Below, piece after piece: positions 1 to 8,050 of a DNA stretch of 64,000 nucleotides (the stretch's first letter is position 1; each line of letters begins with the position of its first letter). Origin of the DNA: Desulfurococcales archaeon (GTDB lineage: Archaea > Thermoproteota > Thermoprotei_A > Sulfolobales > Desulfurococcaceae); NCBI GenBank assembly GCA_027022365.1, contig JALVYU010000026.1:448001-512000 (forward strand), given 5' to 3'. The notes under the pieces are model-generated. The model saw nothing but the letters and a program-made list of their open reading frames with translations. It was not told the origin of the DNA and did not search any database. The translations under genes and the position numbers were made by a program.

Positions 1-51
1 TAACATTCTAACGCTTCTAATACTAGTACTGGCGCTGGCTCCCTGAAATTC

Positions 52-59
52 TTTATAAA
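52..59 (+). promoter_or_regulatory. TATA box of SRP RNA gene
   Basis: TTTATAAA about 25 nt upstream of the SRP RNA 5' end at 84. Confidence 0.6.
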
Positions 60-83
60 ATCCCATAACCTATATCTCTAAAT

Positions 84-379
84 GCCCGCGGGCCGTAGGT
101 AGGGCTTCCACATAGGAAGCCAGAAAACCCTGTGCCCGTACACCGCGCCCGTTAACCCCCCGCCCAGCAATGAACCCCGCCCCGTGGGGCTGGCGGTGGC
201 GGAGCCCTCTCTGGAGGGAGGGGGTCAACCGCCTTAGCCGGGGGAACCTGGCCAGGCCCGGAAGGGAGCAACCTAACCCTGGCCGTCAGCGTTCACGGGT
301 CACCGGGGTTGAGCGTGGGCGTGGAAGGGCTCTGACGGGAGGGCGGTGTACGGGCACAGTGGGGCTACGGCCCGCGGGC
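84..379 (+). ncRNA. ffs: Signal recognition particle RNA (7S RNA)
   Basis: GC-rich 296 nt; 15-bp complementary termini (gcccgcgggccgtag/ctacggcccgcgggc); helix 8 motif CCAGGCCCGGAAGGGAGCAA; helix 6 with GGAG loop. Confidence 0.95.
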
Positions 380-399
380 AATTATGCACCTATCGGTGT

Positions 400-1542
400 A
401 TGATCATGCATGACGATCCTGTAGAAGTGCTCAAAACATTAATCAGTATTAAAAGTTATTCTGGAGAAGAAAGAGAGATAGCGTATGTGATCAGGGATTT
501 TCTCGAGGAGAATGGTGTAGATAAGGCATTCATAGATAGCTATGGTAACGTAATAGGGGTTCTTAGAGGAGAGGGTAACGGGAAGATCGTTTTTGAAGGG
601 CATATGGATGTTGTCCCACCTGGTGATCTGGAGCAATGGAGATATCCACCCTTTGAACCTAAGATCGTTGATGGTAAAATCTACGGACGTGGAGCATCCG
701 ATATGAAAGGAGCAATCGCAGCTATGATCAGCAGTATTACACTGATCACTAAACCCTCGGCTGACATATACTACGTCTTTGTGCCTTATGAAGAGATCGC
801 CGAGGGAGTTTGTTTCTCCAGAGCAATTGAGGAAACACTAAGGATAACTCCTGACCTGGTAGTATTAGGTGAAGCGACAGGACTAAACGTCTACAGGGGA
901 CACCGAGGTAGAGCTGTTATCAAAATAACTGTTAGGGGTATATCCGCACATGCATCTATGCCTGAATTAGCACTTAATCCGATAAACTCTTTGGCTGATA
1001 TAATCACGAGGCTTAACTCAATAGAATTACCTGTCCATAATGTACTGGGGAGGTCTACCTTATCGCCTACGATTATTAAATGCGAGCCTCAATCTCCTCC
1101 CATGATACCGGATCGTTGTGAAATGATAATCGATTACCGTATGATACCGTCTGAAAACAAAGAAGAGATAATCTCCAGGATCAAGAACGCTATTCAGCGG
1201 GTTGAGGGCTTAATAGGTGTACAGTACCTAATAGACCGAGCGAGAATGTGGACAGGAAAAACAATTACTATAGAGCACTACTTCCCGGCCTGGATATACC
1301 AAGGCGAACTAAGCCTGCACATTCTCAGTCTTATCAAAAAATACAATAGCAAAGCAATACTTGGATACTGGAGATTCAGCACAGACGGTGTGTACTCAGC
1401 AGGAACAAGGAATATACCAACTATAGGAATCGGTCCTGGAAACGAGGAACTGGCCCATAGACCAAACGAATACGTATCGATCAAAGAATTAGAGGCTTCA
1501 CGCAAAATCTATGCAGAGCTAGCACTTCAACTATTTCATTAA
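400..1542 (+). CDS. M20/ArgE/DapE family metallopeptidase (YgeY-like)
   Basis: GHMDVV, GRGASDMKG, EE, GE..GHRG, HAS.P, FSTDG and GPG...AH motifs; start moved to ATG 400 (or 406) because the 346 start lies inside SRP RNA. Confidence 0.85.
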   Translation: MIMHDDPVEVLKTLISIKSYSGEEREIAYVIRDFLEENGVDKAFIDSYGNVIGVLRGEGNGKIVFEGHMDVVPPGDLEQWRYPPFEPKIVDGKIYGRGASDMKGAIAAMISSITLITKPSADIYYVFVPYEEIAEGVCFSRAIEETLRITPDLVVLGEATGLNVYRGHRGRAVIKITVRGISAHASMPELALNPINSLADIITRLNSIELPVHNVLGRSTLSPTIIKCEPQSPPMIPDRCEMIIDYRMIPSENKEEIISRIKNAIQRVEGLIGVQYLIDRARMWTGKTITIEHYFPAWIYQGELSLHILSLIKKYNSKAILGYWRFSTDGVYSAGTRNIPTIGIGPGNEELAHRPNEYVSIKELEASRKIYAELALQLFH

Positions 1543-1565
1543 GAGACTAGGAGAATTAGGGGAAG

Positions 1566-1672
1566 CGCCGGGGGCGGGATTTGAACCCGCGCGGGGAACC
1601 CCCCACCGGCTCTCCACACACCGTGCCGAGGGCTTAGCAGGCCGGCGCCCTACCAGGCTAGGCGACCCCGGC
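1566..1672 (-). tRNA. tRNA-Ser(GCT) with 23-nt intron at 37/38 (intron 1612-1634)
   Basis: Cloverleaf GCCGGGG...CCCCGGC-G, anticodon arm CCGGC-CT-GCT-A|intron|A-GCCGG, long variable arm, GGTTCAAATCC T-loop; CCA not encoded. Confidence 0.92.
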
Positions 1673-1679
1673 TCCTCAA

Positions 1680-2936
1680 TCATACCTTTTCCGCACTAAT
1701 TGGCTTATAACTTTTCTTCGAGTATAGGCATAAGATTTCCGAAGCAATTGCTAAGAATACCGTTATCTGTATTATGTTTCTAATCTGTACTATCCACTGC
1801 ACAGGCGAATTAAGGCTCCAGGGGTTAAATACTAGTCCTAGATCTAGGAAAGACAAGACCTTTCTCAAATACAGGCCGTGAAACCATAAAAGAATAATGG
1901 ACGCATTAAGAACATCAGATAATAAGATGAAGATTTTCACCCTAAGCTCTCTCGCCAGGAGTAAAAGACTTGAAGCAACAATTAAGCCATATTGTGGTAG
2001 ATAAGAAATGCTAAATAAGATAGAAGACGTGATAACCAGCAATACTTTAGCGCCTAGCTCTCTTAATCTTCTACAACACGAAGATTTCACGTTTAATCCA
2101 AGTATAAGGAAAACAAAAAACATTGTTACGATGTAAGAGAGAGGCATAATATAATCCGGGCCTATTTTCGAAGTAAGGATTAGGAATGAACAGTTAAGGC
2201 ATGATGCAGGAAAATACCTTTCTAGAAATAATGTTAGGGATTTATCGTTAAGAAATAGCGACGTATACGACAATAAAGGAATAAAAACGCCGCCGATAAA
2301 ACGTCTCATCTGATCCCTTCTTTCATAATAAATGCTGTAAATGAGTAATGGCGCCAATACAGCCGAGTATGGATTCGTAGCGATCATAAGGCCTAGCACT
2401 AATCCTGATAGAAAATAGTATTTCTTGCGAAGAAAATATATGAGAAGCATTAAGAGCACTAGCCAGAGCATTGCCCAGCCATATATAACATATATCAGTA
2501 GCGATGGCATAACAAATAGGAATATCTTTGACTTAGTATCAACGGTTTTATCGATGAAGTAGAAATAGATCAGTAAAAAGATAAAACTGAACAATGAATA
2601 CATTATATAGAATATATTATATATGAGCTCAGGAGATAAATGAATATGAGCCATCAAGAAGCAAAAATATGTAAGTCTAGTAAGAACAAGCCATAGAAAT
2701 CCTATAAGGGGAGGATATGCAAACGGGTAATCAAAGTATGGGTTTGACATCAAGTATTTCTCAGCGCTTCCGAAGCTAGATATAGATGATTTGAGATAAG
2801 CAAGAAAATCGGTATAAATAGGATGAAAGAGCTCGCTACGAAATAAGATTTTCTGCAATACTGAAGGCATATGAACAACAAAACCAATAATCCAGATTAT
2901 CAACGATATAACTAATACCTTATATAAGGTTTTCAA
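1680..2936 (-). CDS. Polytopic membrane protein, GT-C fold glycosyltransferase (GT87/PIG-M-like)
   Basis: About 10 hydrophobic segments; N-terminal loop YTDF...PY.DY.F.YPP typical of GT87-like mannosyltransferases. Confidence 0.6.
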   Translation of the reverse strand: MKTLYKVLVISLIIWIIGFVVHMPSVLQKILFRSELFHPIYTDFLAYLKSSISSFGSAEKYLMSNPYFDYPFAYPPLIGFLWLVLTRLTYFCFLMAHIHLSPELIYNIFYIMYSLFSFIFLLIYFYFIDKTVDTKSKIFLFVMPSLLIYVIYGWAMLWLVLLMLLIYFLRKKYYFLSGLVLGLMIATNPYSAVLAPLLIYSIYYERRDQMRRFIGGVFIPLLSYTSLFLNDKSLTLFLERYFPASCLNCSFLILTSKIGPDYIMPLSYIVTMFFVFLILGLNVKSSCCRRLRELGAKVLLVITSSILFSISYLPQYGLIVASSLLLLARELRVKIFILLSDVLNASIILLWFHGLYLRKVLSFLDLGLVFNPWSLNSPVQWIVQIRNIIQITVFLAIASEILCLYSKKSYKPISAEKV

Positions 2937-3032
2937 GCGGTTTCCACCAGATGTGGTTATTCTTTTAATTTTATTTTTTATGGATACGATTAATACTTTA
3001 CAGGCAAATTATGTTTTTGACGGTAGATCGAC

Positions 3033-4523
3033 ATGAGCAGAGATACTGTGATCGTGGATAGAAAAGAAAAGATAGCGATCACTATATTGCTCATCATAGT
3101 GTTGGCTGTTGCAGCCTATAACTTTTATTCATTAGATCAAAAGCTCACATCAGAAGAAATTAGCAGAGGTGGTAAGGGATATGTTTCTGACGAGGTTTGG
3201 TATGTTTCGAGTGCTAGGAATATTCTAGAAAAAGTGTTTCATGCTCTACCAAGATTCTATGGAGAACCAGGTGCGTCTATCATATATACTGTGCCAGCGA
3301 ATATGTCGGCTATTTATGATGGAGCTAAACTATGTAATATTAAAATAATAGATACAAGCTATGACAAAATCAACGCGTTCTATGTGCAGGCACCAACAAT
3401 AAGCTGTATAGAAAAATATGTTTCTTATTTGAAGAATAACGGAGTTCATATTACCGATGTTATTTATGGATGGCGTATACCGGACGCCGCAAATATCAAT
3501 AATTACATGAACTACGAACACCCGCCACTCGTGAAATATTTGATAGCTTTGTCAATGACAATATTTGGAGACTATCCGCTTTTCTGGAGGATACCTAGTA
3601 TTATAGCTGGTTTGCTCGTCATCCTTTTCACGTTTTTGGTAATGAAAAACCTCACCAAAAATGAGTGGTTAGCTCTTGGTGTATCTGCTGCTTTGCTTCT
3701 CGACCCTATCCTTCGCGCTATGTCGAGCATAGCAATGCTTGACGTATTCGTAGCACTAGCAACGGTTATAGCCGTGTACTTTGCCTCTAAGAAGAGATAT
3801 AAGCTGGCAATAATAACTGGTGTTTTCGGCTCCATTGTTAAGTTTAGCGTATTGTTTGTGATGATACCTATATCGATCCTATACGTAAGGGAAGCGGTCA
3901 AAAAGGATCGGAGATTTTCGACTCTCGTATATTCAGCTATTGAGGTTGTGCTTATTAGCATCGTGCTGTTCCTACTGTTTCAGATCACTGTCTCACTGCC
4001 GTTGATCATGTACACAGGTTTTTCATCATGGTTTCAACAATCAATAACTGGAGCTATATCCTGGCATCTATCCATAAAATGTAGTGGGCCCAACTGCCCA
4101 GTGTCGTCCACGCCTATAGATTGGTTTCTCGGCGTAAACTCGTTTGTACTATATTATTTTGAAAACAACAGAGCACTGCTTGCGCAGACATTATGGCCTG
4201 CATGGGCGTTATCATTGGTAATGTTTGTTCTCCTACTACCTGCGTATAGGAAGCACCGCGGATTTGCCTTGAGTTCATTATTTTTATTTGGCGTGCTTAC
4301 AGGCTATGTTTTAGATTATGTTCTTGGCGGAAAAACACAGTATAGCTTCTATGCGGTCCAACTTGTTCCCTACGTTTACATGGTTCTAGGCTTCTCGTTG
4401 TTCGATATAATGGTTTCAAAAGAGCGCTTCAAACAAATACTGAGAGACTGGTATGCAATACTTAGTAGGATATGGGATATAATACTTAGTATCCTGGTGA
4501 TCAAGCATGGATACGAGGAATGA
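3033..4523 (+). CDS. Dolichyl-phosphate-mannose:protein mannosyltransferase-like GT-C (PMT/GT39-like)
   Basis: SDE.WY acidic dyad, N.EHPPL.K motif, WR.PS, AMLD; many TM segments. Confidence 0.75.
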   Translation: MSRDTVIVDRKEKIAITILLIIVLAVAAYNFYSLDQKLTSEEISRGGKGYVSDEVWYVSSARNILEKVFHALPRFYGEPGASIIYTVPANMSAIYDGAKLCNIKIIDTSYDKINAFYVQAPTISCIEKYVSYLKNNGVHITDVIYGWRIPDAANINNYMNYEHPPLVKYLIALSMTIFGDYPLFWRIPSIIAGLLVILFTFLVMKNLTKNEWLALGVSAALLLDPILRAMSSIAMLDVFVALATVIAVYFASKKRYKLAIITGVFGSIVKFSVLFVMIPISILYVREAVKKDRRFSTLVYSAIEVVLISIVLFLLFQITVSLPLIMYTGFSSWFQQSITGAISWHLSIKCSGPNCPVSSTPIDWFLGVNSFVLYYFENNRALLAQTLWPAWALSLVMFVLLLPAYRKHRGFALSSLFLFGVLTGYVLDYVLGGKTQYSFYAVQLVPYVYMVLGFSLFDIMVSKERFKQILRDWYAILSRIWDIILSILVIKHGYEE

Positions 4524-5202
4524 CTACAGAGTATTATTGCTAGAGAAAGCCATCGATGAGCTTGCAATGCGGATAAAGAACTGGAGTTTACCTTTTCCCA
4601 TCAATAAAGGGAAATTAGAGGAGATGGTAAAACAAGCTAAAAACGCCGTCTACAGGATAAAGTACTCCTTCTTGCCAACAAAAATTCTATTGAAATCTCC
4701 CGAAATCGGTGAGTTGGAGAAGCTTGGGAAACATATACGTGAGGAGCTATTCAAAAACTACACTGCCATGAGATCTCAGATTCGGCTCACTACTAAACAA
4801 AGACTCATCATTGCTGAGATCAAATACTGTCTTTGGATGATCATGGGTTTTCGTCGAAGATTAAGGTATGGTGATGAGAATCTTCCCGAATATGCTGTGG
4901 ACGTTATTGGTGTCGAGGTATTATCAGTACAAAATCATCCTTCCGCCAATAATCTTAAAGTACTAAAGGCTGGAACCGAGAAATTTGGCTTCATAATTGT
5001 TACAAATATAAAAAACATTAAAGCAGGTGAGGTACGTGCTATTGCTATCCTTCCTCCTCGGGAGTTCATGGGAATAATTAGTGAGGCCATGATAGTATCC
5101 GATGTGCTAGATAATAATATGAAGGGAAAATTCGTGCCTTATTCTATTATCAACTTGAATGAGTTGAGATCCAAAGTTATAGAGCTCATCGAGAGTCATT
5201 AG
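4507..5202 (+). CDS. tRNA-binding OB-fold (EMAP/Trbp-like) domain protein
   Basis: C-terminal V.SV..HPSA.NL..., IVTN, LPP.EFMG.ISEAM motifs with helical N-terminal region. Confidence 0.7.
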   Translation: MDTRNDYRVLLLEKAIDELAMRIKNWSLPFPINKGKLEEMVKQAKNAVYRIKYSFLPTKILLKSPEIGELEKLGKHIREELFKNYTAMRSQIRLTTKQRLIIAEIKYCLWMIMGFRRRLRYGDENLPEYAVDVIGVEVLSVQNHPSANNLKVLKAGTEKFGFIIVTNIKNIKAGEVRAIAILPPREFMGIISEAMIVSDVLDNNMKGKFVPYSIINLNELRSKVIELIESH

Positions 5203-5253
5203 TTTTGGGGTTTTTAAATTTTTATGCTAGCATTCTTTTAACGGTGAAAAGAT

Positions 5254-5439
5254 ATGGCTGGAAGCATTGCAAGGATGAGGTTAATTACTGTTAAAATGCC
5301 CGAGATATATGTTGAAGGATTAGACGAACTAGTAAAGATTGGTCGGTATAGTAGTAGGAGCGAAGTAATAAGAGTAGCTGTCCGTGACCTTCTTAAGAAA
5401 GAATTATGGATACAAGAGGCAGAACTTAGAGTCCAGTAA
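5254..5439 (+). CDS. Ribbon-helix-helix (CopG/Arc/MetJ) transcriptional regulator
   Basis: ITVKMP...LDELV..G.Y.SRSEVIR.AVRDLL; GGTGA SD upstream. Confidence 0.85.
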   Translation: MAGSIARMRLITVKMPEIYVEGLDELVKIGRYSSRSEVIRVAVRDLLKKELWIQEAELRVQ

Positions 5440-5445
5440 CGGTTT

Positions 5446-5916
5446 TTAGGAGATAGTTGATTTGATGGATTTTCTAGCCTTTTCTATTAATAACCTATAT
5501 AGTGGCTCATCTAGTTCGAGAACTCTAAAACTTAGTGGCGGCATGAAACCTGGGAAAATCCTGCGTAGCTCATTAAGTGTAATTGGGTAGTCATACAGTT
5601 TGGGATTAACGACCTCAAGCGCCATAGCGGCTCGAGAGCCTGATATATAGCTATAATCATCTCTCCCTAGCCCTGTCTGTGCAAATTCATTTAATTTACG
5701 CCAAACAGCGTTTGAATCACCAAATATGACTTTACCAACTGTAAACTCGCCAATTATCGCTCTTACACTCCCGCTAGCATAAACTATAATTGTGGAACCG
5801 GGTTCTGGTTTGAGGCCAAACCATTTCCTCAGCTCAAACTTCTTTATGCCTGCAAATATTCTATAGGCGTATTTAGGCCTAATACTCATCAAATATACTT
5901 TCTTTTCCTTCTCCAA
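5446..5916 (-). CDS. ASCH domain protein
   Basis: MSIRP.YA..I..G.K..E.R signature, IVYAS, IIGEF, PP.SF. Confidence 0.8.
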   Translation of the reverse strand: MEKEKKVYLMSIRPKYAYRIFAGIKKFELRKWFGLKPEPGSTIIVYASGSVRAIIGEFTVGKVIFGDSNAVWRKLNEFAQTGLGRDDYSYISGSRAAMALEVVNPKLYDYPITLNELRRIFPGFMPPLSFRVLELDEPLYRLLIEKARKSIKSTIS

Positions 5917-5976
5917 TCAAATCACCCAGTCTTCTCTACTTTTAAAACGGATTATATACATCTAGTATAATTCTAG

Positions 5977-6804
5977 ATGAAGAGGGTTGGTATTACTGAG
6001 GAAAGGATGATGACTGACACCAGGACTGATAGTCTCAGTTATGGAGATATAGTCTCAATATATATTGACGAGAAGAGAAACTTCGTCATACGATTAGTCA
6101 GAGGTGGTATTCTAGGCACTGACAAGGGCTTCATTAAACATGACCATATCATTGGTAAGAGTTTTGGAGAAACAGTATATACTAGTAGAGGTGCGAAAGC
6201 ATATATCCTGCCCCCTATTCTAATCGATAAACTCAGGCTTCTTAAGAGAACAACTCAGGTAATCTATCCTAAAGACTTGTCGTTCATGATATATTTATCC
6301 GGAATACGTCCGGGCTCACGCGTTCTCGAGGCAGGTGTTGGAACAGGTTTTCTGACCATAAGCCTTGCCAATTTCGTCGGCCCTAATGGTAAGGTATACG
6401 GTTTCGATCTAAATAAAAAAAGAATTAGGATCCTAGGGGAGGCAATAGAGATTCTAGGCTATAAAGATCGTGTAGTTTTAAAAGTAGGCGATGTAAGAAA
6501 GCCCTTAGATCTACGTGGTCTGGATGCTGTTTTTCTCGACATACCGGATCCATGGAATGCCTTACAAACCATCTATGAAGTGTTGAAGCCTGGTTTTCCA
6601 GTAATAATATATGTTCCCACAGTCAACCAGCTGGAAAAGACTGTCATCGCTCTTCGGGAGCATGGTGGATTCTTATCAGTGCATGCATACGAGTTATTGC
6701 TTAGAGAATATGATGTATCCAAGGGCGCGACTCGTCCCCAGACATTAATGATAGGTCATACCGGGTACATAGTTTATGCAAGAAAAGTGTTTTGTGAGAA
6801 ATAA
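5977..6804 (+). CDS. trmI: tRNA (adenine-57/58-N1)-methyltransferase
   Basis: TQVIYPKD, EAGVGTG, DAVFLDIPDPW, TRP....GHTGY. Confidence 0.92.
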   Translation: MKRVGITEERMMTDTRTDSLSYGDIVSIYIDEKRNFVIRLVRGGILGTDKGFIKHDHIIGKSFGETVYTSRGAKAYILPPILIDKLRLLKRTTQVIYPKDLSFMIYLSGIRPGSRVLEAGVGTGFLTISLANFVGPNGKVYGFDLNKKRIRILGEAIEILGYKDRVVLKVGDVRKPLDLRGLDAVFLDIPDPWNALQTIYEVLKPGFPVIIYVPTVNQLEKTVIALREHGGFLSVHAYELLLREYDVSKGATRPQTLMIGHTGYIVYARKVFCEK

Positions 6805-6819
6805 AAACGCTCTTCGATG

Positions 6820-7143
6820 CTAGGCTGAGCCTTCGTATTCTTTGGCTCTTTTGACAATTGTTTCCAAGGCTTTCTCATAGTCTGGCTGTAATGCCTCGTT
6901 TAGCGGTAGCTGTGATAGAAGAACACGTATACTGCCGTCATCAAATTCTGCTAATAGCTGTGGAACCCAAGCCATACCGTATTCGTCGGTATCGCCGTGT
7001 TCGATTAGGTAGACGTAATCTTCGTATTTCACTTCAACCTGAGCACCTAGTCTTCTAGCAGCTTCTTCCGCAATTTTTGTCCAAAGACTATGATATGGAT
7101 GATGCGTTGCTGTTACCAGTACTAGCTTCTTTATTCTAGGCAT
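6820..7143 (-). CDS. Conserved hypothetical protein, glutaredoxin/thioredoxin-like fold without cysteines
   Basis: beta-strand then HPYH in place of CPYC, helix, then VPQL and DG glutaredoxin hallmarks; SD upstream. Confidence 0.55.
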   Translation of the reverse strand: MPRIKKLVLVTATHHPYHSLWTKIAEEAARRLGAQVEVKYEDYVYLIEHGDTDEYGMAWVPQLLAEFDDGSIRVLLSQLPLNEALQPDYEKALETIVKRAKEYEGSA

Positions 7144-7196
7144 CCTTACACCTTATTTCATTATTTTCTTAGATAGAATTTGAAGAGATAGCTACA

Positions 7197-7706
7197 TTAT
7201 ATTATTTCCGCTAAACCTGTTGATATGAGTAAATCTATTATTATTGGGATACTTGATGCGAGGTAGGGAACTCTACTCAGACTCAGCGATTCTATTCCTG
7301 GTGAAATCTCACGTGTTCTCTCAAGAAGACTATAGGGGATATCGCTATGAATCCCTGAGAGGAACAATATTTTGTCATAATTCTTGCTTATGGATGTAAG
7401 CCGGGAGCGAAAATAATGAATACTTAGTGGAGCATTTTCAGTTAGATGAATTATGTATGCGTCTTTGATTATTTTTTGTAGAAACTCCTCGATCGAGGCT
7501 TTCTCATCATGGCACTTGTGTTGTTTATTTTTGCACACAACAAGATGCATGGAGTGCTTTCGAGGATAAACTATTATCAGATTATCTAGCATTGCTGTAT
7601 GTTTGAACGAATTGATTATTCTGGGTATAATATCGTATCTGTTAAAATCGGGTTTTGTCTCAATAAAAGCGATGTTATATTGGCTGAGGCTTTGGTTTTC
7701 TCTCAT
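7197..7706 (-). CDS. SPOUT methyltransferase, TrmY-like (tRNA pseudouridine-54 N1-methyltransferase family)
   Basis: NRYDII.R.INS resembles the TrmY GR.D...R motif; C-terminal FLSG.H.D and SLS..PYLAS SPOUT knot motifs; start uncertain. Confidence 0.5.
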   Translation of the reverse strand: MRENQSLSQYNIAFIETKPDFNRYDIIPRIINSFKHTAMLDNLIIVYPRKHSMHLVVCKNKQHKCHDEKASIEEFLQKIIKDAYIIHLTENAPLSIHYFRSRLTSISKNYDKILFLSGIHSDIPYSLLERTREISPGIESLSLSRVPYLASSIPIIIDLLISTGLAEII

Positions 7707-7962
7707 GCTCTGGTCTGACCTTTACTATTCCTAGGTGTACCGCACATGATACACAATAGCATTTTGTTACAGGGTATCTCATAATAATGGCGCCTTTTTT
7801 CTCTAATTCTCTGGCTAGCTGTGGATTGACTGGACTATACCATCTTGTAACGCATATAGCTTTATCTTTCGGTATAAGTCTTCCACAGTTGTCACATTGT
7901 ATGTACTCGACTCGGCCTTTGGAACCCTTATGTCTTCCTCGGCTCTCCCTTTTTTTAGGCAT
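7675..7962 (-). CDS. rps26e: 30S ribosomal protein S26e
   Basis: MPKKRES.GR.K, CDNCG..PKDKA, YCVSCA.H. Confidence 0.97.
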   Translation of the reverse strand: MPKKRESRGRHKGSKGRVEYIQCDNCGRLIPKDKAICVTRWYSPVNPQLARELEKKGAIIMRYPVTKCYCVSCAVHLGIVKVRPEHERKPKPQPI

Positions 7963-8050
7963 TATATCTCTCCTCATGTAATTTCTAGTGCTGATAATGG
8001 ATAATCGAAGAAGGGCAATATAAGTTATTATGTTTTAAATATTAGTGATG

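Noticed and set aside
170-403. 77-aa + strand ORF and the 346-399 extension of the M20 peptidase
   Set aside because: They lie inside the GC-rich SRP RNA gene; an artefact of few stop codons.
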